A stretch of 64,000 nucleotides of DNA from Phycisphaeraceae bacterium (GCA_963674705.1 OY771506.1:4736001-4800000); one strand, 5' to 3'. Shown: positions 42,040 through 52,911, numbered from the stretch's first letter. Made by a program: numbers and translations. The notes: generated by a model not told the origin, from the sequence alone.

Positions 42040-42145
42040 TCCTAGTCAACAAGATACCTACGGTGCAATAACATCAAGAAGTGATTCAAAGATCTAGCGT
42101 TATACAATGCTAAGTATTAATGCAATCATGATCTAAAAGAACAGT

Positions 42146-43633
42146 TCAATCATCAGCGAGCACATCTTCCACGCGACGATCAATCAGTAACTCCACGGCA
42201 TCGACACCGTCGATTTCAAATCGCGCCTCACCAACCGCCAGATCACGCACCTCATTGATCGACCAGACACCATCACGATCGACGGCAATCCGGTACCGCC
42301 CCTTCTGATTAACCTGGCATGTAAATACGTTCGGTGAAATCTGCCGGCATACCAACGGTAGAGGTCGCCAATCCGCAGGTACTCGTGGATTTCTCGCGGC
42401 CCCTTGGACATCGTAATAAGCATTGAACTTATCTGGATATTGTTCGAGTACACCCGGACTAAACCAGATTACATGACCAGCAGAGCCAGTCTGCCGCACA
42501 TAATCCAGTTCTTTTTCGATATCAGGCCATGGATTGAACTTCTCGCCATTGTTGACCAGAACACCGGCGATGAGTTTGTCAAGCATATTCGGCATAGCCT
42601 GAACCTGCTCATCCCATGTATTCTTGAATGATATGTAGTCATATCGATAGTTCTGCGGTACGTATTCATCCATCCATCCACGCTTGGACCATTCGGGCCA
42701 ATCACAGGCATAGTGATCCAGACTCCATGGATAAACCGCGGGGCTAATAGAAACAATCAGATTTGGGCGCTTCTTCTTAAGTTCTGTGTAGAACAGTTCT
42801 GCAAATTCGGACACCTTCTTCGCACGCCACAGCACCCATGCTTTGTCGTGCTCATCATCGGGTGGCGGCGCACCATTATGCTCCATTGCATACACCTGCC
42901 TTGTGTAGGGGTCATACCCCATACTGACCGGCCAAGCGATCCGGTCGTCCAACTGCACACCGTCCAGGTCATATTTATCCACCGCTTCAAGAACGATGCC
43001 AAGTAGGAGTTTTCGGCACTCCGGCCGAAGCGGATTCATCCATACAAATGGATTCTGATCGGAAACCAATTCTCCATCGCGTGTGGTGGTCATCCAATGC
43101 GGGTACTGATTGCGCAAGTGATTGTGTGTGTCTTTGTATGCGGCCATGAAGCCGTATTCGAACCAAGCGATATAAATAAGCCCGTTACGGTGGGCCTGTA
43201 TCAAGGTTTCCTGCAGTAAATCACGCCCCTGTGAAGCATATCGATCTGGTGGATCGGATGGGTCGGCGGGCATCAAAGCGGGTCGGCGGTCCAAGCCGAT
43301 TGTTTCTTTGAGTACCTGTGAGGGGTATTGGGTGTAACCATTCTTCCAAGTCTCGACATAGACGGTGTTAAAACCGATTTGCCGTAAGCGTTGCATGGTC
43401 CTGGCTGTGTCGTCGGGGCTTGCAATCGCGTCATTGGCGGTCGTAGTCAGCCAGACCCCGCGTATCTCCTGCATTGGCGAAGTCTTGCTATCACGGAGAT
43501 CAGGATGCTTGTCTGATTGCACCTGAGCGACACATGCACAAAGCAGGAATAGGCATGAACAGACCGTTTCAGTCAGTCGCAGGAAGGGCATGCGGTGCAT
43601 ATTAACGCTGTATTTATATAGTTCCGCATTCAT
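42146..43633 (-). CDS. GHL10 (DUF187, YddW/DigH-like) glycoside hydrolase, exported
   Basis: EIRGVWLTT, G.NTVYVETW, AWFEYGF, WMNP..PE, YD.DG.QLDD, PQ.YR. Confidence 0.88.
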   Translation of the reverse strand: MNAELYKYSVNMHRMPFLRLTETVCSCLFLLCACVAQVQSDKHPDLRDSKTSPMQEIRGVWLTTTANDAIASPDDTARTMQRLRQIGFNTVYVETWKNGYTQYPSQVLKETIGLDRRPALMPADPSDPPDRYASQGRDLLQETLIQAHRNGLIYIAWFEYGFMAAYKDTHNHLRNQYPHWMTTTRDGELVSDQNPFVWMNPLRPECRKLLLGIVLEAVDKYDLDGVQLDDRIAWPVSMGYDPYTRQVYAMEHNGAPPPDDEHDKAWVLWRAKKVSEFAELFYTELKKKRPNLIVSISPAVYPWSLDHYACDWPEWSKRGWMDEYVPQNYRYDYISFKNTWDEQVQAMPNMLDKLIAGVLVNNGEKFNPWPDIEKELDYVRQTGSAGHVIWFSPGVLEQYPDKFNAYYDVQGAARNPRVPADWRPLPLVCRQISPNVFTCQVNQKGRYRIAVDRDGVWSINEVRDLAVGEARFEIDGVDAVELLIDRRVEDVLADD

Positions 43634-43788
43634 TTACCAACCCCATTGAGCTATAAGTACCGGTTTGAGCGTAAGAAGGACCTGCCTGACACCGTCTTAC
43701 AAAGCTGCCGGGTACTTTCTATCACATACTGGTGCTTTTGACAGCATATCGTCTTGCAATGTCTAAATCTAGCGATAAGATATAATAC

Positions 43789-44787
43789 ATGGCCAAATTA
43801 AGACTAGCAATTATAGGTTGTGGCATAATTGCCCGGGTGCATGCCGAAGCTATCGCCAAATCGGATCGATTAGAACTGGTAGCGGTCGTGGATCCCGTCG
43901 TCAAGAATCGTGATCATCTAGCCAAGCAGACCGGCGCCAAGGCATTTGCGAGTATCGAGACGATATGCGCCAACGAAAAGATGCGTACGCAGATCGATGC
44001 GGTGGTCATATGCACCCCCCCCTCGATCCGCATGCAGCTTGTTGAACAAGCTCTGAAAGTTGGCTGGCCAGTCCTGGTGGAAAAACCATTAGCTCATCAT
44101 GTTGAGGCCGCCCAAGCCTTGGTCCAGATCGCGCAGTTATATCCCGATACACCAGCGGCAGTGGCTTATTGCCATCGATTCACACCCGCGATTGTTGAAA
44201 TGAAGCGTCAACTGGATTGCGGTCATCTGGGAAGACTGATCCGGTTTGAGAATGTATTCGCCTGCTGGCACCCAACCATGCAGACAAGCTGGATGAGTGA
44301 TCCCAAACTCGCCGGCGGAGGTTCTTTACTAGATACCGGCAGCCATGGCGTGGACCTCTTCCACTTTTTAGTCGGCCCATCCAGAACAGACGCGGCGGTG
44401 TTCACGCACCAATGGCCCGAACGTGGTGATACAAATGCCACGCTGCTGATCCACCACGGCGAAGCGGTACCCGGTGGTACGCCTGTTGCCGGCTTCCTGG
44501 CAAGCGGCTGGGCGGAAGCGGCACGATTTATCGTCACCTTGGTTGGCACGAAGGGTTCGCTTCACTACGACTTTGAAAAACCCGAGCAGCTTCTTTTAAC
44601 ACCCAGCACTGGTGAAGCCACAACACTAGTAGTTGAAACCCACGAAACAAGGTTCCGGCATCAGCTCGAAGCCTTTGCGGACCTGATTGAAAACCCTAAT
44701 ACTGATAATAGACTGGCACGATTTGAAGATGGACTAGCTGTGTCCATGACCATTCATGACGCAATGGAACAGATTGTGGGTATATGA
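43789..44787 (+). CDS. Gfo/Idh/MocA family oxidoreductase
   Basis: IIGCG.IA..H, CTP, EKPLA, GGG.LLD.GSH..D. Confidence 0.93.
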   Translation: MAKLRLAIIGCGIIARVHAEAIAKSDRLELVAVVDPVVKNRDHLAKQTGAKAFASIETICANEKMRTQIDAVVICTPPSIRMQLVEQALKVGWPVLVEKPLAHHVEAAQALVQIAQLYPDTPAAVAYCHRFTPAIVEMKRQLDCGHLGRLIRFENVFACWHPTMQTSWMSDPKLAGGGSLLDTGSHGVDLFHFLVGPSRTDAAVFTHQWPERGDTNATLLIHHGEAVPGGTPVAGFLASGWAEAARFIVTLVGTKGSLHYDFEKPEQLLLTPSTGEATTLVVETHETRFRHQLEAFADLIENPNTDNRLARFEDGLAVSMTIHDAMEQIVGI

Positions 44788-44821
44788 ACCATGTACGTTC
44801 ACAGCAGTAAGGATCTGAAGG

Positions 44822-45781
44822 ATGTCCGAACCAAAAACAAACGCAATCACCACAGGCCTGGTGCAAACCACCACCGACAACGCAGCACGCGAACTTCAGA
44901 TCGCCGCCATTGGCATCGACAGTTCGCACCTACCTGAATTCACCAAGCGATTCCGCAAAGAACGCGAGGCAGGCAAGACTCGTTGCCGGGTTACACAGAT
45001 GTGGACCGACGGTAACCACAAGATGCCCGCGGACGAGGTTACGAAGTGGCGCCTACAGGCCGAGTCAGAAGGCGTAGTGATGAGCGAGTCGATGGACGAG
45101 ATCCTTGACGCGGTCGATGGTGTGATGGTGTTAGCTGTTGACGGCAACCGCCACATGGAGCTTGCTCAAAAATCCCTCGAACGTGGCCTCCCCACTTACA
45201 TTGACAAACCTTTGACGTGTAATCTGAATGATGCACGTAAGGTCCTTCAACTCGCTCGTAAACACAACGCACGCTGCTATTCCGCGTCTAGCCTGCGTTT
45301 TGCCAACGAGGTGAAAGCTCTTGACCAGTTCGGACTGGGGCAACTGTACGCGATCGATGCCTACGGCCCGGGCGAGCTGAACAACGCCATGAAGGGTCTT
45401 TTCTTTTATGGCATCCATACTATCGAAATGGTGGATGCCATGTGGGGCGGTGGTATCGCCAAAGTTCGCAGCGATTCATTCGTGGACCGTGACATCGTGG
45501 AGCTGCAATACCACGATGGCCGATTCGCCCACCTGCGTATGGAGCGTAAAGGCGCATACGACTTCGGCGCAACCGTACACGGTGCAGACGCCATCCACAG
45601 CTTCAAGGTTGACTTCTCCGAGGTCTATAACCGACTGGTCGAAGGCATGACCGGGTTTTTTGAAGGCAAAGAGGCACCCGCTCGGTTGGAGAACCTTGTC
45701 GAAGCCATCGCGGTGATCGAAACTGCACATCAATCGGTAGACGCCGGTGGGGTCTGGCTCGATATGCCTAAATTGGATTAA
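44822..45781 (+). CDS. Gfo/Idh/MocA family oxidoreductase (divergent IG.DSSH type)
   Basis: IGIDSSH, VDG..H, YIDKP, SASSLRF, FYGIH..E. Confidence 0.85.
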   Translation: MSEPKTNAITTGLVQTTTDNAARELQIAAIGIDSSHLPEFTKRFRKEREAGKTRCRVTQMWTDGNHKMPADEVTKWRLQAESEGVVMSESMDEILDAVDGVMVLAVDGNRHMELAQKSLERGLPTYIDKPLTCNLNDARKVLQLARKHNARCYSASSLRFANEVKALDQFGLGQLYAIDAYGPGELNNAMKGLFFYGIHTIEMVDAMWGGGIAKVRSDSFVDRDIVELQYHDGRFAHLRMERKGAYDFGATVHGADAIHSFKVDFSEVYNRLVEGMTGFFEGKEAPARLENLVEAIAVIETAHQSVDAGGVWLDMPKLD

Positions 45782-45828
45782 GCTAAACTGATTTGCCAAT
45801 TACGAGGCCTTCTGAACGATCCGGTGAT

Positions 45829-47472
45829 ATGGAGCGAAGCCTGAAAATCCCGGTCCTGATCCTGGGCGGCGGAACGGGTGGTGTTGCTGCGGCCATGGCG
45901 TTAGCGCGCGAGCATATCAAGTGTGCGATCGTGGAATCCACCATCTGGCTTGGCGGACAACTCACAAGCCAAGCGGTGCCGCCGGATGAGAACAAGTGGA
46001 TCGAAGGCAAAGACGGGATTATATCCGCGACGAAAAGCTATAGACAATTCCGCGCTTTAGTCCGTGATTATTACAAAACCCATTTTGACTTAGTTGACCA
46101 CGCCGCCAACGATCCGTATCTGAATCCGGGTGGCGGTTGGGTGAGTCGTCTCTGCTTCGAGCCACGCATTGGCCACCGGGTCCTGATGGACATGCTTGGC
46201 CCGTTTATGGATCGCGGTTTGATCCAGACATTCCTGCGCTGCGAACCTGTCGCCGCACAAACACTCAACGACACAGTCAGGTCTGTTACCTGCTGTAACC
46301 TTGACGACGGCGAGGAATTCACCGTTGAATCACGACTGATCCTTGAAGCGACCGAAACAGGCGACCTTTATCCCCTGGCTGATATCGAGCACAGTTACGG
46401 GGCTGAGCACCGGGACGTCTTCAACGAACTGCACGGCCGAACCGATCATACCGATCCGATGGATCAGCAAGCCATCACATGGTGTTTTGCTATGGAAAAC
46501 CGGCCCGGTGAAGATCACACAATAGCGAAGCCGAAACAGTACGATGCTTGGCGAATCTATAAGCCTGACCTGTCACCACCTTGGATCGGCCCCCTGTTTT
46601 CATGGGACATCTGCAACCACGACTTCACATCGCGAACTTTGAATATGAACCCATGGCCCGATGAGCCCAACGAGGATTGTTGGGAGCTTTGGCGTTACCG
46701 CAGGATTGTTGACCGTTCAATCCATGCCAAAGCAGACACCACCCCACCGGAGGTGACATTGTTCAATTGCGTCCAGATGGACTACTTCAAGAAGCCGTTG
46801 CTGGGTGTTTCTGAAAGTGATAAACAAACAGCGCTACGCGAGGCCCGTGAACAAAGCCTGTGCTTTTTCTATTGGATGCAAACTGAAGCGCCGCGACACG
46901 ATAATTCTGGACAAGGGTATCCGGGCTTGAAAATGCGGGGCGATGAGCTAGGCAGCGCCGATGGTTTTGCGTTAGCGCCATATATTCGTGAGCCGCGTCG
47001 CCTCGATGCCCGAACGATCATCACCGAAGCGCACGTCGGTCAGGAGCAGCGGCTAGTGGAAGGTAACAAACCCCTGAACAATGAACTTGTCGTTGCAGGC
47101 GAACCGTTTAAAGACAGTATAGGAATAGGCCATTACCCAATCGACTTACACCCTTCTACCGCGATGTGCAACAGCCTTTACATCCCGGCATCACCCTTCC
47201 GTATCCCGTTGGGTGCATTACTACCCAAACGTGTCAGTAATGTCATCGCTGCGGGTAAGGCGTTGGGAGTTACCCACATCGCGAACGGCTGCACGCGTCT
47301 GCACCCGATCGAGTGGAACATCGGTGAATCGGCCGGCACACTCGCGGCCATGTGCATCCAACATAATCTCGACCCGCATCAGGTCCACAAACGCCTCGAC
47401 CTGATCCGCGGCTTACAAGAAACACTCATCAAACGCGGCATCCCGCTTGCCTGGCCTTGGGAGGATGCGTGA
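45829..47472 (+). CDS. FAD-dependent oxidoreductase (FAD_oxidored family)
   Basis: GGG.GG.AAA, WLGGQLTSQAVP, ATE.GD, PYIRE.RR, G.Y.IDLH, IP.GAL.P, R.HP.EW..G. Confidence 0.9.
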   Translation: MERSLKIPVLILGGGTGGVAAAMALAREHIKCAIVESTIWLGGQLTSQAVPPDENKWIEGKDGIISATKSYRQFRALVRDYYKTHFDLVDHAANDPYLNPGGGWVSRLCFEPRIGHRVLMDMLGPFMDRGLIQTFLRCEPVAAQTLNDTVRSVTCCNLDDGEEFTVESRLILEATETGDLYPLADIEHSYGAEHRDVFNELHGRTDHTDPMDQQAITWCFAMENRPGEDHTIAKPKQYDAWRIYKPDLSPPWIGPLFSWDICNHDFTSRTLNMNPWPDEPNEDCWELWRYRRIVDRSIHAKADTTPPEVTLFNCVQMDYFKKPLLGVSESDKQTALREAREQSLCFFYWMQTEAPRHDNSGQGYPGLKMRGDELGSADGFALAPYIREPRRLDARTIITEAHVGQEQRLVEGNKPLNNELVVAGEPFKDSIGIGHYPIDLHPSTAMCNSLYIPASPFRIPLGALLPKRVSNVIAAGKALGVTHIANGCTRLHPIEWNIGESAGTLAAMCIQHNLDPHQVHKRLDLIRGLQETLIKRGIPLAWPWEDA

Positions 47473-48851
47473 TGCTGCGAAGATGCTCTAACATATGCCT
47501 GCTTATCATCGGTACGCTACTCACAACAGCCTGCTCAAAGCAGAGTGAAGAACAGGACATCCACATCGAGCTGTGGACCCTGGCGTTGCGCCCGACATTC
47601 ACCGAATATGTCGAAAACATGCTTGCCGACTTCGAGCAGGCGAACTCCGGCGTAAAAGTTGACTGGGTCGATGTGCCCTTCCAAGCATTAAGCCGAAAAC
47701 TCATCGCCGCTGCAGCAGCCGGACGTGCACCTGATGTCGTTAACTTTTCCGACCTGCAATTCGCAAGGTTCGATTCGCTAGGCGCGACCTACGACCTGAA
47801 CAAGCTCCTCAATAAAGACGAACAAGCGATCTACCTCGACGGCGCACTCGCCCCGGCAAGAATCGACAACCGACTCGGCGCACTGCCCTGGTACCTGAGC
47901 ACCCCTGTCCGTTTCATCAATACCGACCTGCTCAAGGAAGCCGACTGGTCCGCCGACTCTGTCGCAGACAACTGGGCCGACCTGCAATCACAAGCGCGTG
48001 ACTACCACGCTCGCACCGGCAAATTCCTCTTTTCGCATGCACTGGCGGTCGAAAGTGAATTGCCCACCATGCTCATCGCCGATGGCCGGCTGCCGTTCAA
48101 GGAAGTGGACGGCAAGTTGCAGGCCGACCTGACGCGCGACGAGGTTGTCGATTACATCACATCTTGGGTACAACTCTACCGGGACGGCGCATTACCTCGC
48201 GCTGCGGCGACATCGGGGCATGCTCATGTTGTCGAGTTATACCAGAACGGCCAGATTGCAGTAGCCGTCACCGGTGCGAACTTCCTCTCGCGTATCGCCG
48301 ATGCCTCGCCAGAGGTTTTCGAAGCAACCGAAGTTCGCCAAGCCGTCACAGGCCGACTCAATCGTGCCCATATCGCGGTGATGTTCGTCAGTGTCAGCTC
48401 TACCAGTGAACACCCGGAAGTAGCCACGGAACTCGCACAGTGGATTACCAGCCCCAAGTACCAGCTTGCGTTGTGCAAGATGGTCAATGTCATGCCTAGC
48501 ACACCCCAATTGCTCAGCGACCCACACTTCACCGCCCCACCCGCCACCGACGATCCGGCCCAGGCAAAACTTGACGAGGCACGCTCGCTCAGTGCGATCG
48601 CGTTACGCAACGCTGTTGCCTTCACGCCTTCGATCGGTTGCTGGCCTGACCTGCGCCGGACATTTGATGAAGGGATCAAGGCCGCACTGCTCGATGGCAA
48701 AGATGTGCGCGAAACACTCGGCCGTATTGAACACGAGTGGAACCGCATCCTGAATGCCCAGATCCCCGCGTCATTCGACGCTATACCGCATCCTAAGCCG
48801 ATGAAGTCCGAGGCGCGTGATATACAACCTGCAAGCGAGGTGTCGCCATGA
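47472..48851 (+). CDS. Sugar ABC transporter substrate-binding lipoprotein
   Basis: Lipobox LLTTA|C; AAG.APDV; ALPWY; precedes two permeases. Confidence 0.9.
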   Translation: MLRRCSNICLLIIGTLLTTACSKQSEEQDIHIELWTLALRPTFTEYVENMLADFEQANSGVKVDWVDVPFQALSRKLIAAAAAGRAPDVVNFSDLQFARFDSLGATYDLNKLLNKDEQAIYLDGALAPARIDNRLGALPWYLSTPVRFINTDLLKEADWSADSVADNWADLQSQARDYHARTGKFLFSHALAVESELPTMLIADGRLPFKEVDGKLQADLTRDEVVDYITSWVQLYRDGALPRAAATSGHAHVVELYQNGQIAVAVTGANFLSRIADASPEVFEATEVRQAVTGRLNRAHIAVMFVSVSSTSEHPEVATELAQWITSPKYQLALCKMVNVMPSTPQLLSDPHFTAPPATDDPAQAKLDEARSLSAIALRNAVAFTPSIGCWPDLRRTFDEGIKAALLDGKDVRETLGRIEHEWNRILNAQIPASFDAIPHPKPMKSEARDIQPASEVSP

Positions 48852-49714
48852 CCCGGCTTCAACGCCTGCAGCGCACAGCCGCACCCTATCTATTCCTGTT
48901 GCCTGCCGGCTGCATCCTGGGTGTGTTTGTGCTCTGGGCGATGCTGCAAGTGTTCTTCTACTCCTTTACGCGCTATACCGCATTCCAAGGCCCGGATATC
49001 GTCGGCCTGGAGAATTACAGCAGGCTGGCTTCGGACGGGCGCTTCTGGTTCTGCCTGATAAACAGTTTCCTTTACCTGCTGGTCACGCCGGCCGTGATCG
49101 CGCTGAGCCTGCAGGCGGCATTGGTCGTACACGCATCGCTGCGCTGGGCGAAGGGTTTGCGCGTCTTACTGTTCCTGCCTGTCGTTACACCTGCGATTGT
49201 CGCGGCGGTCGCCTGGCGTTTGCTGCTAAACGAAAATGCGGGTCTGCTGAACAATGCATTGGAGCTGCTTCATCTTGGCCCGGTCTACTGGCTGAGTGAA
49301 AAACCCTTCACGTTGATCAGCGCGATGCTCGTTACTATCTGGCGAGGATTCGGTTATTACATGATGATCTTCCTGGCGGGGCTCGTCGCTGTCCCGAAGG
49401 AGCTTGAAGAAGCGGCCACGATCGACGGCGCAGGCCGCGCGGGCGTCTTGTGGAACGTCACACTCCCCGCGTTGCGACCCTTGATCTCGCTGGTCGTCAT
49501 CATCTCTTCGATCTCTGCACTCAAGGTTTTTGACGAACTGTATGTGACGATCCGCGGTGCTCCGATCTCACACCAGACGGTAGTGCCATTGATCTACGAT
49601 ACCGCTTTTGAGCGCGGCGACTACGGATACGCCAGCGCTATCGGGATCACGTTGTTCGTGGTCCTGCTGATCTTCAGCCTGATCCAGCTTCGCATCACGG
49701 AGGGTGGCAAATGA
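48848..49714 (+). CDS. Carbohydrate ABC permease (MalF-like)
   Basis: YLFLLP, VGLENY, GYYMMIFLAGL, EAA loop EEAATIDGA, GYASA. Confidence 0.95.
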   Translation: MTRLQRLQRTAAPYLFLLPAGCILGVFVLWAMLQVFFYSFTRYTAFQGPDIVGLENYSRLASDGRFWFCLINSFLYLLVTPAVIALSLQAALVVHASLRWAKGLRVLLFLPVVTPAIVAAVAWRLLLNENAGLLNNALELLHLGPVYWLSEKPFTLISAMLVTIWRGFGYYMMIFLAGLVAVPKELEEAATIDGAGRAGVLWNVTLPALRPLISLVVIISSISALKVFDELYVTIRGAPISHQTVVPLIYDTAFERGDYGYASAIGITLFVVLLIFSLIQLRITEGGK

Positions 49715-50532
49715 ACCGTCGCCCGCTCTGGCTGACAATGATGATGTATCTGTTTGCGCTGCTGCTGGCGGTGGTCGCGATCGGTCCGTGCTTCTGGCTT
49801 TTCGCGGTTGCAATCTCCAGCACTGAAGTGCCGACCAACCGCATGCCGATGCCCGAGCAGATGACGATGAACAACTTCCAGGGGGTATGGTCTGAAGCCG
49901 GAATGGGACAGGCGATGTTCAATTCCGTATTAGTCACGGTTATCCAGGCTTTTTTGAATGTATTACTTGCGGCGCTGGCGGCGTATCCCTTGGCTCGCAT
50001 GGAGTTCCGTGGTCGCTCACTTATCTTCGTGCTTATCCTCTCGACACTGATGATCCCCGAACAGGTAATCGTCGTACCGCTATTCCGCACGATCGTGGCG
50101 ATGGGACTGTATGACACCTTGATCGCAGTGGTCTTGCCTTTCAGCGTCACCGCGTTCGGGATCTTTCTTTGCAGACAGTCGTTTATGTCGATCCCGAACG
50201 CTTTGGAAGAGGCGGCGAGAATCGACGGCGCCGGTCCGTGGAAAGTGTGGTGGCACGTGATGCTACCATTGGCAAAGCCGGCACTGGCCACGTTGGCGGT
50301 ATTCAGTGTGATCGGTGCCTGGTCAAATCTGCTTTGGCCTCTGATTGTGCTTCAGGAACAGCACAACTACACGTTGCCGGTGGCGATCAATCAGTTGCTA
50401 GGTGTATTCGCGACAAACATACGGTATGCGTATGCCGGTTCGGTCCTGGCGATATTACCCGTACTCGTCTTTTACCTGGCGGCTCAGCGCTGGCTCATAC
50501 GCGGGCTGTTGGCCGGCGCGGTCAAAGGCTAG
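49711..50532 (+). CDS. Carbohydrate ABC permease (MalG-like)
   Basis: AAYPLAR..F.GR, EEAARIDGA, WSNLLWPL, G.LAGAVKG. Confidence 0.95.
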   Translation: MNRRPLWLTMMMYLFALLLAVVAIGPCFWLFAVAISSTEVPTNRMPMPEQMTMNNFQGVWSEAGMGQAMFNSVLVTVIQAFLNVLLAALAAYPLARMEFRGRSLIFVLILSTLMIPEQVIVVPLFRTIVAMGLYDTLIAVVLPFSVTAFGIFLCRQSFMSIPNALEEAARIDGAGPWKVWWHVMLPLAKPALATLAVFSVIGAWSNLLWPLIVLQEQHNYTLPVAINQLLGVFATNIRYAYAGSVLAILPVLVFYLAAQRWLIRGLLAGAVKG

Positions 50533-50603
50533 CCATTTTACCATATGAATAGGCGGCCACGGTGGATACAAGCGGCGTTTAATTGCGTTAGAATCCTAGA
50601 ACA

Positions 50604-51692
50604 ATGAACGAATCTTCAACTCCCCAAATTGAGCCTGTAATCCCAAAGCAGGGAGAACCCTTATACGAGACCGTAAGCCGCGCAATCCTACATGCGATCG
50701 ATCGGGGTGTTTTCCAACCGTCAATGCGCATGCCAACAACCGAGGAACTAAGCCAACAGCTTTCGGTTTCACTGGTCACCACTCACAGAGCCTTGCAGAA
50801 CCTGGTGGCAGCCGGAGTACTCAAACGCGTCCGGGGTATGGGCACATTCGTCGTAGAAAATCACCAGCAGACACGCCCCCGCATCATGATCGGCCTGATT
50901 ACGCATGCCGAAGCATCCATGGGTGATTATTATCACGGTCGTGTTCTGGATGGCATGCGTCAAGCAGCCAAGGAACATCACATCGATCTGGTTCTGCTTG
51001 ATTATGGCCAAATGCCAAGAAAAGAAACCGCCGGCCTGATCCTCATCAATCCTGTACCGAAGGAATTGGACCGCACCGTCGAACAGAACGTTAAAGCGTT
51101 GCCAATCATTGTTGTTGGGACTGAATCACACCGGAAAGATGTTCCTTTTATAGATACTGATAATATTCGACTAGCTGCCGATGCGGTCGATCACATTTAT
51201 AAATTAGGACACAGACGGATCGGTTATGTCGGCGGAGGATCAGAACTCGGTGACAGTCGTGACCGACGCGCCGGATTCGTTCGCGTATGTCGACAATTAA
51301 GGATCCCATCAGAAGACATGCCCATATTGGACGTGCCCGGCTACCGCCTTCAGGAGGAGGAAACACTGAAGCTTGGCCGCATGATCAGCAATCACAATCT
51401 CACCGCCGTCTTTGCTGCGGGTTACTACTTGGCGTTAGATGTTTACCATACCGCTACTACGATGGGCCTGACCATCCCAGATGATCTCACTGTAGTGGGT
51501 GTGGATGATCCTTCCAGCGCCTCGCGATTGCTGCCTCCTCTGACAACTTTCAGTCAGCCACTGGTTCACATGGGACACGCCGCCATCGCATCAATCCGTC
51601 GTGTGTGCGACCATCCGAACGAACATATCAGCAATGAAACCTTGCTGGCTGAATTAATCATCCGCCAATCCTCGGGTACTCCAAGGCCTTGA
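50604..51692 (+). CDS. GntR-HTH + LacI-type sensor transcriptional regulator (AraR-like)
   Basis: PLY...I..G......P...EL.....VS..T..RAL..L...G...R.RG.GTFV; LGHRRI, IPDD..VVG.DD, PLTT. Confidence 0.92.
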   Translation: MNESSTPQIEPVIPKQGEPLYETVSRAILHAIDRGVFQPSMRMPTTEELSQQLSVSLVTTHRALQNLVAAGVLKRVRGMGTFVVENHQQTRPRIMIGLITHAEASMGDYYHGRVLDGMRQAAKEHHIDLVLLDYGQMPRKETAGLILINPVPKELDRTVEQNVKALPIIVVGTESHRKDVPFIDTDNIRLAADAVDHIYKLGHRRIGYVGGGSELGDSRDRRAGFVRVCRQLRIPSEDMPILDVPGYRLQEEETLKLGRMISNHNLTAVFAAGYYLALDVYHTATTMGLTIPDDLTVVGVDDPSSASRLLPPLTTFSQPLVHMGHAAIASIRRVCDHPNEHISNETLLAELIIRQSSGTPRP

Positions 51693-51824
51693 TTGTCTGA
51701 TCTACAGCCCCATCTGCTTTTAAGCACTGACTAGCACGGTTTCTTCCAAATACAGGTCTCAAAGCGGTGTGACCATTACACATCGAACATGCCTGTTTTG
51801 CATACTTTAACGTGCCCACACCGG

Positions 51825-51877
51825 TCTTATATAAGATATATGTTTTTTTTGGCCCAATCTTGTAATTTATTGGGCCA
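51825..51877. promoter_or_regulatory. Two palindromes upstream of the PEP-CTERM/prepilin operon (candidate operators)
   Basis: TCTTATATAAGA at 51825-51836; TGGCCCAAT-N10-ATTGGGCCA at 51850-51877. Confidence 0.4.
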
Positions 51878-52005
51878 GCAGTTATATTGTGTGTGTCAGT
51901 CAGGTTGGATGAGGCACGAATGTGTACCGTCATTTTTAAAAGCATCAGTAATACGTCTACTTTGTAGAAATTCAAATGTTTCTAATCACGAAGAGGGAGA
52001 ATGAA

Positions 52006-52911
52006 ATGAGTATGAAAACGCGAGCGTTACAGGGTATTTCGGGATTGGCAATGGTCGGGGCACTGATCTGCTCTCCGGCAAATGCAGGGCTGATCGCCAA
52101 GGATTCATATGTAATCAGCCCGAATGATTACAGCACCGGCGGATTGAATGGACAAAGTGGTGTATCCGAAATCGGGTTCACAGGAACGTGGGCCGTCAGC
52201 AGCGCCAACCTGGGCGCAGACACCTTCTCCTTAAACGGCGACTCAACCGGCAAAGGTAAATTCATAGCATCAACGGCATTCTCAGACTATGATCGCAGTG
52301 CCGAACGTATGCTGGCACCTTATGCAGCCCCGGCTAACAACACCTTCTATATGAGTCACCTGGTTAATGCTGGTGGTTTGGCTGCCGGCGGTGATGATGA
52401 ATCCAACGCGCATGCTTTCGTTGGCTTCGGCAGTTTCACAGACGGAGCTCGCCTGCGTGGCACAGCAAACTATCTACTCGGCGCTTTCGTTGGTTACGTC
52501 CCGAGTACTACTGTTCCCGGCAGTGTTGATCTGGTTATCCGATCACGCACCGGCGTCAGCAGTGTCTCCGACGTAGTCCTAGTTGCCGACGCTGTGAACG
52601 TGACCTACCAAGTAGTCATGGCGCTGGAATTCAACAACCCTGGCGACGAAATCCGCTACTGGGTTGATCCGAGCGACTTCGACAACGGTGAAGCAGGCCT
52701 GACCGCCTCCGCTGCGATCTCCGGAAGTATTGCCGGGTATCAACTCGGCGCGGTCACAGATATGGATAGACTGAACGTGGAGACTTGGGGATTCGATCAT
52801 TCCTTCTTCTGGGATGAATCAATCCTGGCAGATGATGTTGCAAGCCTGCCCGAACCGGCTTCGGCCATGTTGCTGGGCCTTGGCGCTGCAGCCATATTCC
52901 GCCGACGTTAA
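52006..52911 (+). CDS. PEP-CTERM surface protein
   Basis: Signal peptide ...ANA|GLIA; LPEPASAMLLGLGAAAIFRRR tail. Confidence 0.92.
   Translation: MSMKTRALQGISGLAMVGALICSPANAGLIAKDSYVISPNDYSTGGLNGQSGVSEIGFTGTWAVSSANLGADTFSLNGDSTGKGKFIASTAFSDYDRSAERMLAPYAAPANNTFYMSHLVNAGGLAAGGDDESNAHAFVGFGSFTDGARLRGTANYLLGAFVGYVPSTTVPGSVDLVIRSRTGVSSVSDVVLVADAVNVTYQVVMALEFNNPGDEIRYWVDPSDFDNGEAGLTASAAISGSIAGYQLGAVTDMDRLNVETWGFDHSFFWDESILADDVASLPEPASAMLLGLGAAAIFRRR

Noticed and set aside
43738..43786. Sigma-70 promoter from TTGACA (43738) and TATAAT (43781)
   Set aside because: The spacing between these hexamers is far too long. A TTGCAA/TAAGAT pair giving a leaderless transcript is possible but not supportable.
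44015..44022. C8 tract in an oxidoreductase (also C7 tracts near 21234 and 59840) as phase-variation sites
   Set aside because: Short and compatible with Pro/Gly codons; weak compared with the G12 tract.
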